DNA from: Macrostomum lignano
Lineage: Eukaryota
Direction of reading: 5' to 3'
Assembly: GCA_002269645.1 (NCBI GenBank)
Contig: NIVC01000027.1
Span: forward strand, 248,001-312,000
DNA length: 64,000 nt
The notes under the pieces are model-generated. The model was not told where the DNA came from. It searched no databases and was given only the letters and a program-made list of their open reading frames with translations. Positions 34,101-46,100 of the stretch are shown one piece after another. Position 1 is the first letter of the stretch, and the number at the start of each line of letters is the position of its first letter. A program made the translations under genes and the position numbers.

Positions 34101-37091
34101 GTTCGAGTGCCCCAGTCCATCGGGGGCATGGTCATGGACACTGCCTTGACGTGGCGAACCGACATAATCCCGTCGCCGGCTCCCGCCGGTTGCCGACGGC
34201 AGGAGAACAAAAGTGCCCACCCTTCGGTTGTCGGCAGGGACACTGCAGCGTTTGCCTACGTCCCTGTTGCCCCGATGGCAGGCAGGCGCTCCGACGTGGC
34301 TGGGAGTGCTCGACCGACCAGGCCCTCCGGAGTCCAGGATGATGTGTGGCCGCTAGCCCTTGCTCCTCCCTGCTTTTCCTCTACCAATTTCATATTTCAT
34401 TTTTACTCCATTTGTTTTCAAATGGTGTTTTGAGTTAAAGAAAAAAATGCTAAAAATCTGGTTAATAAAAATGCACTGTGCCGGTATATTTAGACAAACT
34501 TGATACAAATTGACCTATTTTAATTTTGATTGAAGCGTAAGGTGTAGGACATCCCCAAATAACATCGATACATTCCAAACATACGCTCGTAGACGCCATT
34601 TTAATTTATATTCATGCAGACTTTTTTATGAGTAATTACATTAAGTCAAGGCGACCGAATCAGCTCTAAATAAGAATTTCAAAGGAAAAGTTTAGTGAAT
34701 TTAAAAACTGTCCTATTCACTATTTGATTCTGAGTCGATCTCACTTGGAGTGTCATGTCGATACTGAGCAGTTGTTTTTCGAGCGATTTCCGCTTTGCCC
34801 TTGACCTGTTATAGTTGGCTCCACTTCTTCTTGGTGACCGCTTCCTCAAACGTAGCTCCGATTCTTCGGTCCTTGTCGCAGCCACTGCTACAACCGTTGG
34901 GCTTTTTCGCACAGCATGAGCAGTGGGTGGGGCTGATGCCAGTGGCCTGGAAGCGACAGCTATAGCCGGTGCTTCAACGCCTAGAAGTTTGCTTGGCCAG
35001 CTTGGCAGATAATTGGGGTGGTTGAACTTGACGCGGCTTCAATACTGACAGCTGACAAAGTGCTAAATTTCCGATGCTGCCTCTTCTTCAATCGGTCTGT
35101 CCCATGGTGAAGCAGCTCCCTGCAGACTGTGTGGACCTGCTTATTTGTTGGCCTACCAGCCTCTACTGAATTGCCGTAGATACTTGTGATGGCCCCTGAA
35201 AAAATGTAGTTTAAACTTAGCCATTTGCCATAATTAACCATAGTTATCAAGCATTTCTACTTATATCGACTAGTAAGCGTTGTGCCATGAGAAGAAAATA
35301 CCTAGATATTTTTGCATTCCATTTCTAATGAGCCAATGTCCTATCGAAAGCCCTATTCAGCAACAACACACCTTTAAAGTGATGCAGCATTGTATCCTTG
35401 AAGCAAATCAGCGTCTGCATCCGCTCCGGCCTCCAGTGTTGGGTTCTTCAAGTCCCAACCACTAAAATTGACTGCGGCCTACATCTTTATTTTTTCATAC
35501 CAATAATTTCTTATTTTTAACGTCTTTTTATTTGGGTATATTTTCTATGATCTCAAAATAAAAAAATGTTTTTGATGTTTTTAAATAATAAATAAAAAGT
35601 CAAGTAATTCAACTCACCAATTCCGAAATGGATTCCACAGGTTAAAATTTGCACTCTAAATGTATGCTTTCCATGAACTAGTGAGAAAAAATTTTGGGCG
35701 CTCCGGTTCATTGTCATTCGCAGAACTTGAAGATTGCTTTCTCGCCATCTCAGCTCACATCGCCGCAACTTCTTTCAGGCATCGATCCAGCTTGAACTCT
35801 TGCCTGCTGTAGCACATAGAAAGCTCTCGAAGAATAGAAAATTGGACGAAAAGTATCCCTCAAAAGCTTCCTAGTGGGAAGTCCGTGATAGCTTGAATTT
35901 GTTGCTCTATTTTTTAAGGGCACTAGGCCCAAAGGCAAAAAATGGTATGTAGAAGGACTCCTTATTCTGTCTGTGCTAGACACTTACTAGCCAAATCTAA
36001 ACATCTAATCGCATCTAAGCATTTGTAAGTAAGGTCTAAAAAGTTCGTAAACAATTGCAGGACATTAACAGAATTTACACAGATGAAAGTCCGTAAATTT
36101 CGTAAAGAGAGTTAGCAGAAATAACTACTAGAGTAGCAAGAAACATATAATAACAGCTAAGAGAGCAAACGTCCCTTGCAGTGAACGTTTAAGTCAAATG
36201 CAACATCAGTCACCTAGGTGGATTCCCATTTTACATGTAATCCCCGGGAAATCAGTTCGTGCTGCAACAATGCCATCTTCATCTTGATCTTCTTGTTCTT
36301 TAGTTCAAGGTGATCCATCAGCAATTCGTCTTTCCTCTTGTGACCTTTGCGACACGAGCACCCAGAGCTGTTGCCCTGACGACTTGGTTCTGATGGTGGA
36401 GCAGCCGATCCACATTGCAACTTGTCAGTGCTTGTTCAGATGCGTCTCCAGTAAGCAATTGCAGCATCGAAGGTGATGAACTAGAATGTGGAGCAGATGG
36501 AGCAGGCAGAGCACTATGCGGCATGCTGAACGCGCTTGCGGATGTGACTATACACGTTGGCTTGTATTTGATCACCGTGCTCTCAGAAACCTGCAGGCCT
36601 TAACTTACTGACTATGGCGATTCCTTGCTCAAGATTTGAAGGACGATTTCGTCCACGTCAGATAACCCTGCTGCCTTGCCCCTGCAGCCCCGGTCTGCTT
36701 GCTTTCTTCAAAGTCGCACTGCGCATACTCTTCCAAGTGACATCCTTGAATCCGTTGGCGTGCAAAACCTCAATGATTTCCGACCATGAATCCTTCTTCT
36801 ACCGGTTACCATCGCTGAGATTAGCAAAGCTTCCGAACAGAATGTCTTTGCGATGTAGAATGTCGCGCAAAATAAAATCTTTTGATTCTTAGACAACATG
36901 GCCACTAAAGAGGGGTTGAACGAAACAAATCTGCGTGTTAAAGAGCAAGCCAGTCAGCTAAAATATCTTTTCAGAATAAGGTTGGGTTCGATTTGGAAAA
37001 TATAAACTCTTGCAGCTTGCTGCCCGACAAATATCGATTTTTTGCTGCCGTTTGTTTTGCCCTAGTCAGTGTACACTCTGGTGTGGATAAG

Positions 37092-37182
<91 letters not shown>

Positions 37183-40100
37183 GGGCGTCCGAGCTGATTC
37201 ATTAAAAGATTAACTCTTGAGGGAAAGGCTTGAGCCTTAAGTCTGTCTTTTAGGTTTAAGAATCAACACAACGAAATAGAGAGCTGTAGCCAGTCAGCTA
37301 ATATTTCTGTTCATCGAGATAGAAAGAGCGACGCAGTTTCTTATCGTATATATGGGCCAACTCTGTGCTTTGATCTGTGCTTCGTAAAATCGAAATTATC
37401 AGCAGTGGTAACTGATAACCAGTGCTTCGTAAAATCGGCCCCTGTCGAAAATCAGGTCTCCGTCTACTGATACACTGATTGATTTTCCCGGATTTCCCCA
37501 TTTAGAATGCATTAGAATTGGCAGAATTGCCGCCTTTGAAAAACCTGAAAGCTGAAAGAGACATAATTCTGCGCTATACACCGACTAGCACTCTCTAATA
37601 AACTATAGAATCTCACATCTGAGTGTGCTGACACAGCTTGACAAATTAAAGTTATATTTCATGGACTTTACATATCTAACTACACTAGAATTGGTAGAAA
37701 TTTCACCTTAAATAGTTTCGAAACCAATCAATACAGAGGCTAGGACTAAAAAAACTCTGCTGTAAAACAATAAAAGTTTGTTAGATTTACAGCCTGTAAA
37801 GTTTTTAAGTGCAATAAAATCTCCAAATCAAAAATATTCGCAGTATACACTGAAATTAGAGTGTGTGTGATGCACGACATAGATGTCATTTTTGTGAAAA
37901 CACAACAAAATATTTATTTGCAAACCCAACACGCATATACTTTTTGTGAAAACACAACAAAATATTTATTTGCAAACCCAACACGCATATACTTTTTGTT
38001 TACAGTATAATAAAATTTGTTTGAGATTGTAATCGTAGCGAATTACAAAGAGTTTCAACACTTTTCTTCAATTACTCGTAGATCATAATCAATTCAGTCT
38101 TATAATACTTCGAGTGCAAAGAAGCATAGTTTTCTAACTGGGCGCCTCATATGCGACTTAACGTACAACAAGGCGTATAGGTAATTTACAAAAAGAAAAA
38201 ACTCTAAAGTATTATGTCTTGCTTCAGAGAGAAAAAACTAACATCTGATGAAAAACTGCTCATTAATGGAATTAAAAAGTAAAAAAAATCGACTTCTGAA
38301 TTTGGGCAATGTTTTGGGCGCTATACGCCTGGCCGTGCGCCCTCCATAACTCGCTCGAGTTGGCTTCTACAACAATAGCAACAACACCCGTGTCCTCACC
38401 CAGGGTCTTGATCGTCAGTCTCAAGAACTTTAGGAATGTCTTGCTGCCACCACACTGTTTGTAGACAATCCAAGAGTTTCGAATTAGCAAAAGCAGCAGG
38501 TGAAATCAGAGTTTTTGAAACCAACCAATGGTTATTCGTTTTGCCAAGTAAAGGGTACAAAGCGGAGTCCAAGTGATCAACGCCACCTATACTGGCAGTG
38601 TAAGCTAGAATGCTTGCTGGCTTTGGAACAATCTGAACGCCACCACCACGGCGAAGGCTATGGCCAGGACCCACAGAAGTCCGCGTCTTTAGTAGAAAGC
38701 TTCAGTTAAGGAATTGAGTTAAAAATTTCATTCTTATTTTTTTCATGGGACGAAATCGTTCCATACCGTCGACAAAGGGTGCGACAGGACAGGACGTGAA
38801 CCACCTATTGCTAGCGAAAGTGATTAAGTCATTTACTGTTTAAAACTTATGGATTGAGTGAGAATAACTGGGGAAGAGGAAGAGAGAGAAACAAACAGTC
38901 TCTCCAGCAGAAATATTCATTTTAGCAGTATGCCTCAGTTGGTACAGAAAAAAAGTTTTTTTTACTTCGGTTTCTCATCCAAGGTTACAGTTATAGAGAA
39001 ATCCTCAGATCCAAGGACTGGGCAGACGCCACACATCCTCAATTACCCCAGCTAATGCTGGCACCCATTTTACAGCTGGGTGAACTGAAGCAATGCAGGG
39101 AGTTAAGCGCCTTGCTTAAGGACACAAATTGTTCCGAGTGGGTCGAAAATCGACCATCCACTTTTCAGTCGTGAGTCCGACGCTGTAACTAACTAGGCTA
39201 CAGCCCCGTCAGACGTAAGTGGCTAGTCGGTCTCTTACTGCGAAAACGCAATTTGTTCAAAATTCACACACAGAACAGTTGGTCAATAAACACTTCAGGT
39301 AGTCCTACTTTTCAAGGGGCTGAATCTGGCCCCTGATGCAAAATGGTTAAGCGCGATTCTGCTCGTTCTACTGACTCCTGATACAAGCGCTCCAATACTG
39401 TACGCAAGCACGCACTCGTACACACGCTCACACAGCAGCTCTGCTTAACGCAGTACTTTTTATGAAAAAAAACTCTCAGGCCGACTTCAGGTGACCCCGA
39501 TTCGTCTGGCGCTGGTACCGCCGCCAATGTCGGCATTTGCTGTTGATTTCGGCTGCAGCAGGCAGGTGCTGTGGTGCCGGCCCTTGCCCGATCGACCTAA
39601 CTGGATTGTCGGAGCTTTGTCTACTGGTACTATCTGTCTGCTGTGTCCCGCCAGCGAGTCCGATCTGCTTTTAGGAGCAGATTCCATGCCAGATGCTTCT
39701 ATTACTGCCGATCAGTGCAGCTCGGGATTTGGCTTTGTCAATAGTGTGCCCGAGTATCGGTGTCTGGATACTGGGTGAGTGCGGGACTGCGTTTGTGCCT
39801 GCCTCAGTGCCTGTCTTAGTGTCTGTCTTAGTGTCTGTCTTTGTGCCTGTCTTAGTGCCTGTCTTAGTGCCTGTCTTTGTGCCCATCTTAGTGTCTGTCT
39901 TAGTGCCTGTCTTTGTGCCAATCTTAGTGTCTGTCTTAGTGTCTGTCTTAGTGCCCATCTTAGTGTCTGTCTTAGTGTCTGTCTTTGTGCCCATCTTAGT
40001 GCCTGTCTTAGTGCCTGTATTTGTGCCCATCTTAGTGTCTGTCTTAGTGCCTGTCTTTGTGCCCATCTTAGTGTCTGTCTTTGTGCCAATTTTAGTGTCT

Positions 40101-43100
40101 GTCTTTGTGCCAATCTTAGTGTCTGTCTTAGTGTCTGTCTTTGTGCCCATCTTAGTGTCTGTCTTTGTGCCTGTCTTAGTGCCTGTCTTAGTGCCTGTCT
40201 TTGTGCCCATCTTAGTGCCTGTCTTAGTGCCTGTCTTAGTGCCTGTCTTTGTGCCAATCTTAGTGTCTGTCTTAGTGTCTGTCTTAGTGCCCATCTTAGT
40301 GTCTGTCTTAGTGTCTGTCTTTGTGCCCATCTTAGTGCCTGTCTTAGTGCCTGTATTTGTGCCCATCTTAGTGTCTGTCTTAGTGCCTGTCTTTGTGCCC
40401 ATCTTAGTGTCTGTCTTTGTGCCAATTTTAGTGTCTGTCTTTGTGCCAATCTTAGTGTCTGTCTTAGTGTCTGTCTTTGTGCCCATCTTAGTGTCTGTCT
40501 TTGTGCCTGTCTTAGTGCCTGTCTTAGTGCCTGTCTTTGTGCCCATCTTAGTGCCTGTCTTAGTGCCTGTCTTAGTGCCTGTCTTAGTGCCTGTCTTAGT
40601 GTCTGTCTTAGTGCCTGTCTTAGTGTCTGTCTTAGTGCCTGTCTTAGTGTCTGTCTTAGTACCTGTCTTAGTGTCTGTCTAAGTGCCTGTCTTAATGCCT
40701 GTCCTAGTGCCTGTCTTCGTTTATGTGTTTCCTCGACTTTTGAGTGTCCATCTTTCCTTTTTATCGTCCCGTCTGTTTTATTACCAGCCTACATGTGACA
40801 ATCATGCCACAACCGCTGCCGTCAACCCGCCCACAGGCTGACCCTCGCAGACGTATCAATCTGTCATTTGGAGCCGCTGGTCAACTGTGAGCTGGCTGTA
40901 TTCAACTCTACAGAGTGTTCTATTAGCGTGTACTGTTTTGCTAAACTGCTTCAGGAGAAACAGGGAAAATCCGGCAGGTAAGTCTAAAGCGGCGCTCTCA
41001 TGTGCCAGCGGCCCAGGCTCGATTCCAAGGAAAGTCACATTATTCTGATGCTATCTCGGCTTGGCTCTGCTCGTGCAATTAACGGCCTTGAGGGCCAACC
41101 CCCAAGGGACAGTGAAGTGTACATCCTGTGTGAGTGTGTGGCTGTGCGTATGACTGCGTACGTATCCGCGCGCTTGTGTGCCTGCTCAGGGGAGTCGGCG
41201 GAATGGGCAGTAATGCCTCTCGCCGGTTGTGTGACAATGTCGCTTAAAGTGCGCCTGGGTGCACACAGCGCCTGCCTCAAATAAAAAAAGCTAGGGCCTT
41301 GTGGGGTTGGCCTTCATGGGTGTAAACATGAAGCATAGCAAATCGGCGAAATGCGTTTTGAAAACAGTACTTACTTGGTTTTTTAACGTCTGAATATAAC
41401 AGTTCTATTTGGCGTCCTAAAAGTTTCTTATAGCCACAGATACTAAATTAACTAGATGGGCTACTCAGGCATTTATACTTAGCAAAACAGCTTTCTACTT
41501 TCAGTTCAGTAGCAAAGAAGAATACATAAGCTTGCACGCAAATGTGCTGAGTGGCCCATCTAGTTATTCTAGTATCTCTGTGCTCTTACCAAAAAAAGTT
41601 GCAGAAGTCTGCAGACTCAATTTTCAACGTATTACTCAATCGTCACAATTGATAGAAATCTTGAAATTCGAAGAATGTTGAGTGTTTAAGTGTTTGAGTA
41701 TTAGTTATTTTTGCTAAACAACAAAACTGAAAACTTCCAATCTTGCTAATGGACTTTGCTGCTGTATCCGGCATTTTTAATTCTATCTAAAGTTCGAATT
41801 CTATGTTTCTATTTATAACTAGTATGGAGTAAGCAGTCAGCTGAGCATTCAGTATCTTGCATTCCAGCTGCGCCAAGACGCCTGTATCACTGTCAAACAT
41901 TTTGGAGCCAAATGAATCCGTGATTAGTTTCAATGCGCACTGTTGCAACAGCAGCCTGATGTACTTGCAAACTGATGCTGGCAAAATTGTGTCTGCGAAC
42001 TTGGGTGAGTTGCATTGTTGTTCAAAACTTCCTGTTTCTTCAGGGAGTTCAGCTACCCCTATTCATGATCCTTCAGGCAGTTCAGCTACTCCTATTCATG
42101 ATCCTTCAGGCAGTTCAGCTACCCCTATTCATGATGGTTCAGGCAGTTCAGCTACTCCTATTCATGATCCTTCAGGCAGTTCAGCTACCCCTATTCATGA
42201 TCCTTCAGGCAGTTCAGCTACCCCTATTCATGATCCTTCAGGCAGTTCAGCTACCCCTATTCATGATGGTTCAGGCAGTTCAGCTACCCCTATTCATGAT
42301 GCTTCAGGCAGTTCAGCTACCCCTATTCATGATGGTTCAGGCAGTTCAGCTACCCCTATTCATGATGCTTCAGGCAGTTCAGCTACGCCTATTCATGATC
42401 CTTCAGGCAGTTCAGCTACCCCTATTCATGATCCTTCAGGCAGTTCAGCTACCCCTATTCATGATCCTTCAGGCAGTTCAGCTACCCCTATTCATGATCC
42501 TTCAGGCAGTTCAGCTACCCCTATTCATGATCCTTCAGGCAGTTCAGCTACCCCTATTCATGATCCTTCAGGCAGTTCAGCTACCCCTATTCATGATCCT
42601 TCAGGCAGTTCAGCTACTCCTATTCATGATCCTTCAGGGAGTTCAGCTACCCCTATTCATGATCCTTCAGGCAGTTCAGCTACCCCTATTCATGATGGTT
42701 CAGGCAGTTCAGCTACCCCTATTCATGATGCTTCAGGCAGTTCAGCTACCCCTATTCATGATCCTTCAGGCAGTTCAGCTACTCCTATTCATGATCCTTC
42801 AGGCAGTTCAGCTACCCCTATTCATGATCCTTCAGGCAGTTCAGCTACCCCTATTCATGATGGTTCAGGCAGTTCAGCTACCCCTATTCATGATCCTTCA
42901 GGCAGTTCAGCTACCCCTATTCATGATCCTTCAGGCAGTTCAGCTACCCCAATTCATGATCCTTCAGGCAGTTCAGCTACCCCAATTCATGATCCTTCAG
43001 GCAGTTCAGCTACCCCTATTCATGATCCTTCAGGCAGTTCAGCTACCCATATTCATGATCCTTCAGGCAGTTCAGCTACCCCTATTCATGATCCTTCAGG

Positions 43101-46100
43101 CAGTTCAGCTACCCCTATTCATGATCCTTCAGGCAGTTCAGCTACCCCTATTCATGATGGTTCAGGCAGTTCAGCTACCCCTATTCATGATGCTTCAGGC
43201 AGTTCAGCTACCCCTATTCATGATGGTTCAGGCAGTTCAGCTACCCCTATTCATGATGCTTCAGGCAGTTCAGCTACCCCTATTCATGATGCTTCAGACA
43301 GTTCAGCTACCCCTATTCATGATGCTTCAGGCAGTTCAGCTACCCCTATTCATGATCCTTCAGGCAGTTCAGCTACCCATATTCATGATCCTTCAGGCAG
43401 TTCAGCTACCCCTATTCATGATGCTTCAGGCAGTTCAGCTACCCCTATTCATGATGCTTCAGGCAGTTCAGCTACCCCTATTCATGATGGTTCAGGCAGT
43501 TCAGCTACCCCTCTTCATGATGGTTCAGACAGTTCAGCTACCCCTATTCATGATGCTTCAGGCAGTTCAGCTACCCCTATTCATGATGCTTCAGGCAGTT
43601 CAGCTACCCCTATTCATGATGCTTCAGGCAGTTCAGCTACCCCTATTCATGATACTTCAGGCAGTTCAGCTACCCCTATTCATGATGCTTCAGACAGTTC
43701 AGCTACCCCTATTCATGATGCTTCAGGCAGTTCAGCTACCCCTATTCATAATGCTTCAGGCAGTTCAGCTACCCCTATTCATGATGCTTCAGGCAGTTCA
43801 GCTACCCCTATTCATGATCCTTCAGGCAGTTCAGCTACCCCTATTCATGATGGTTCAGGCAGTTCAGCTACCCCTATTCATGATCCTTCAGGCAGTTCAG
43901 CTACCCCTATTCATGATGGTTCAGGCAGTTCTGCTACCCCTATTCATGATGCTTCAGGCAGTTCAGCTACCCCTATTCATGATGGTTCAGGCAGTTCAGC
44001 TACCCATATTCATGATCCTTCAGGCAGTTCAGCTACCCCTATTCATGATGGTTCAGGCAGTTCAGCTACCCCTATTCATGATCCTTCAGGCAGTTCAGCT
44101 ACCCCTATTCATGATGCTTCAGGCAGTTCAGCTACCCCTATTCATGATCCTTCAGGCAGTTCAGCTACCCCTATTCATGATGGTTCAGGCAGTTCAGCTA
44201 CCCCTCTTCATGATGCTTCAGGCAGTTCAGCTACCCCTATTCATGATGGTTCAGGCAGTTCAGCTACCCCTATTCATGATGCTTCAGGCAGTTCAGCTAC
44301 CCCTATTCATGATGGTTCAGGCAGTTCAGCTACCCATATTCATGATCCTTCAGGCAGTTCAGCTACCCCTATTCATGATCCTTCAGGCAGTTCAGCTACC
44401 CCTATTCATGATGGTTCAGGCAGTTCAGCTACCCCTATTCATGATCCTTCAGGCAGTTCAGCTACCCCTATTCATGATCCTTCAGGCAGTTCAGCTACCC
44501 CTATTCATGATGGTTCAGGCAGTTCAGCTACCCCTCTTCATGATGCTTCAGGCAGTTCAGCTACCCCTATTCATGATGCTTCAGGCAGTTCAGCTACCCC
44601 TATTCATGATCCTTCTGGGAGTTCAGCTACCCCTATTCATGATCCTTCAGGCAGTTCAGCTACCCCTATTCATGATGGTTCAGGCAGTTCAGCTACTCCT
44701 ATTCATGATGCTTCAGGCAGTTCAGCTACCCCTATTCATGATCCTTCAGGCAGTTCAGCTACCCCTATTCATGATGGTTCAGGCAGTTCAGCTACCCCTA
44801 TTCATGATCCTTCAGGCAGTTCAGCTACCCATATTCATGATCCTTCAGGCAGTTCAGCTACCCCTATTCATGATCCTTCAGGCAGTTCAGCTACCCCTAT
44901 TCATGATGGTTCAGGCAGTTCAGCTACCCCTATTCATGATGGTTCAGGCAGTTCAGCTACCCCTATTCATGATCCTTCAGGCAGTTCAGCTACCCCTATT
45001 CATGATGGTTCAGGCAGTTCAGCTACCCATATTCATGATGCTTCAGGCAGTTCTGCTACCCCTATTCATGATCCTTCAGGCAGTTCAGCTACCCCTATTC
45101 ATGATCCTTCAGGCAGTTCAGCTACCCCTATTCATGATGCTTCAGGCAGTTCAGCTACCCATATTCATGATGCTTCAGGCAGTTCAGCTACCCCTATTCA
45201 TGATCCTTCAGGCAGTTCAGCTACCCCTATTCATGATGGTTCAGGCAGTTCAGCTACCCCTCTTCATGATGCTTCAGGCAGTTCAGCTACCCCTATTCAT
45301 GATCCTTCAGGCAGTTCAGCTACCCCTATTCATGATCCTTCTGGGAGTTCAGCTACCCCTATTCATGATCCTTCAGGCAGTTCAGCTACCCCTATTCATG
45401 ATGGTTCAGGCAGTTCAGCTACTCCTATTCATGATGCTTCAGGCAGTTCAGCTACCCCTATTCATGATCCTTCAGGCAGTTCAGCTACCCCTATTCATGA
45501 TCCTTCAGGCAATTCAGCTACCCCTATTCATGATCCTTCAGGCAGTTCAGCTACCCCTATTCATGATCCTTCAGGCAGTTCAGCTACGTATCATTTAGCG
45601 TATCATTCAAATTGCAGTCGTACTTTAAGTATTAGCTGGTTAGCTCGTGTAGTTAGTTGGTTAGACTTCGTGACTTTGCTTGATTTCGAGCTTAAATTAC
45701 CTTGGAATGAGTATTCAGTGCGTAGTTGGCGCGCCTATATTTTAGGTACCGAATTTCTCAGTGCCAGTTGCATGCCGGATGTTAATGGCACGTGAAGTCA
45801 AGTGGATCGTAATGCACTTCGTAGTTTAGAGCGCCAATACATAATTGTAATTAGACTCGATCCAGCTTAGACTCGTACAAGATACATATTAAAACTTGTA
45901 CAAGATTTAGATTTAACTCGTACAAGATTTAGATTGAACTCGTACAAGATTTAGATCGAACTCGTACAAGATTTAGATTGAACTCGTACAATATTTGGAT
46001 TGAACTCGTACAAGATTCAGATTGAACTCGTACAAGATTTAGATCGAACTCGTACAAGATTTAGATTGAACTCGTACAATATTTGGATTGAACTCGTACA

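Noticed and set aside
39671-40798. TKTD, VSVL, AQRQ and CLSV repeat ORFs
   Set aside because: All derive from the 12-bp minisatellite in ELP1 intron 7.
41580-41630. Second split SL-like match (CTCTTAC ... TGCAGACTCAATTT)
   Set aside because: Needs a 20-nt gap and the matching blocks are short; compatible with chance.
41975-45598. 1207-aa ORF ([11 protein letters not shown] repeats)
   Set aside because: Second open frame of the 33-bp intronic minisatellite; no non-repetitive domain.
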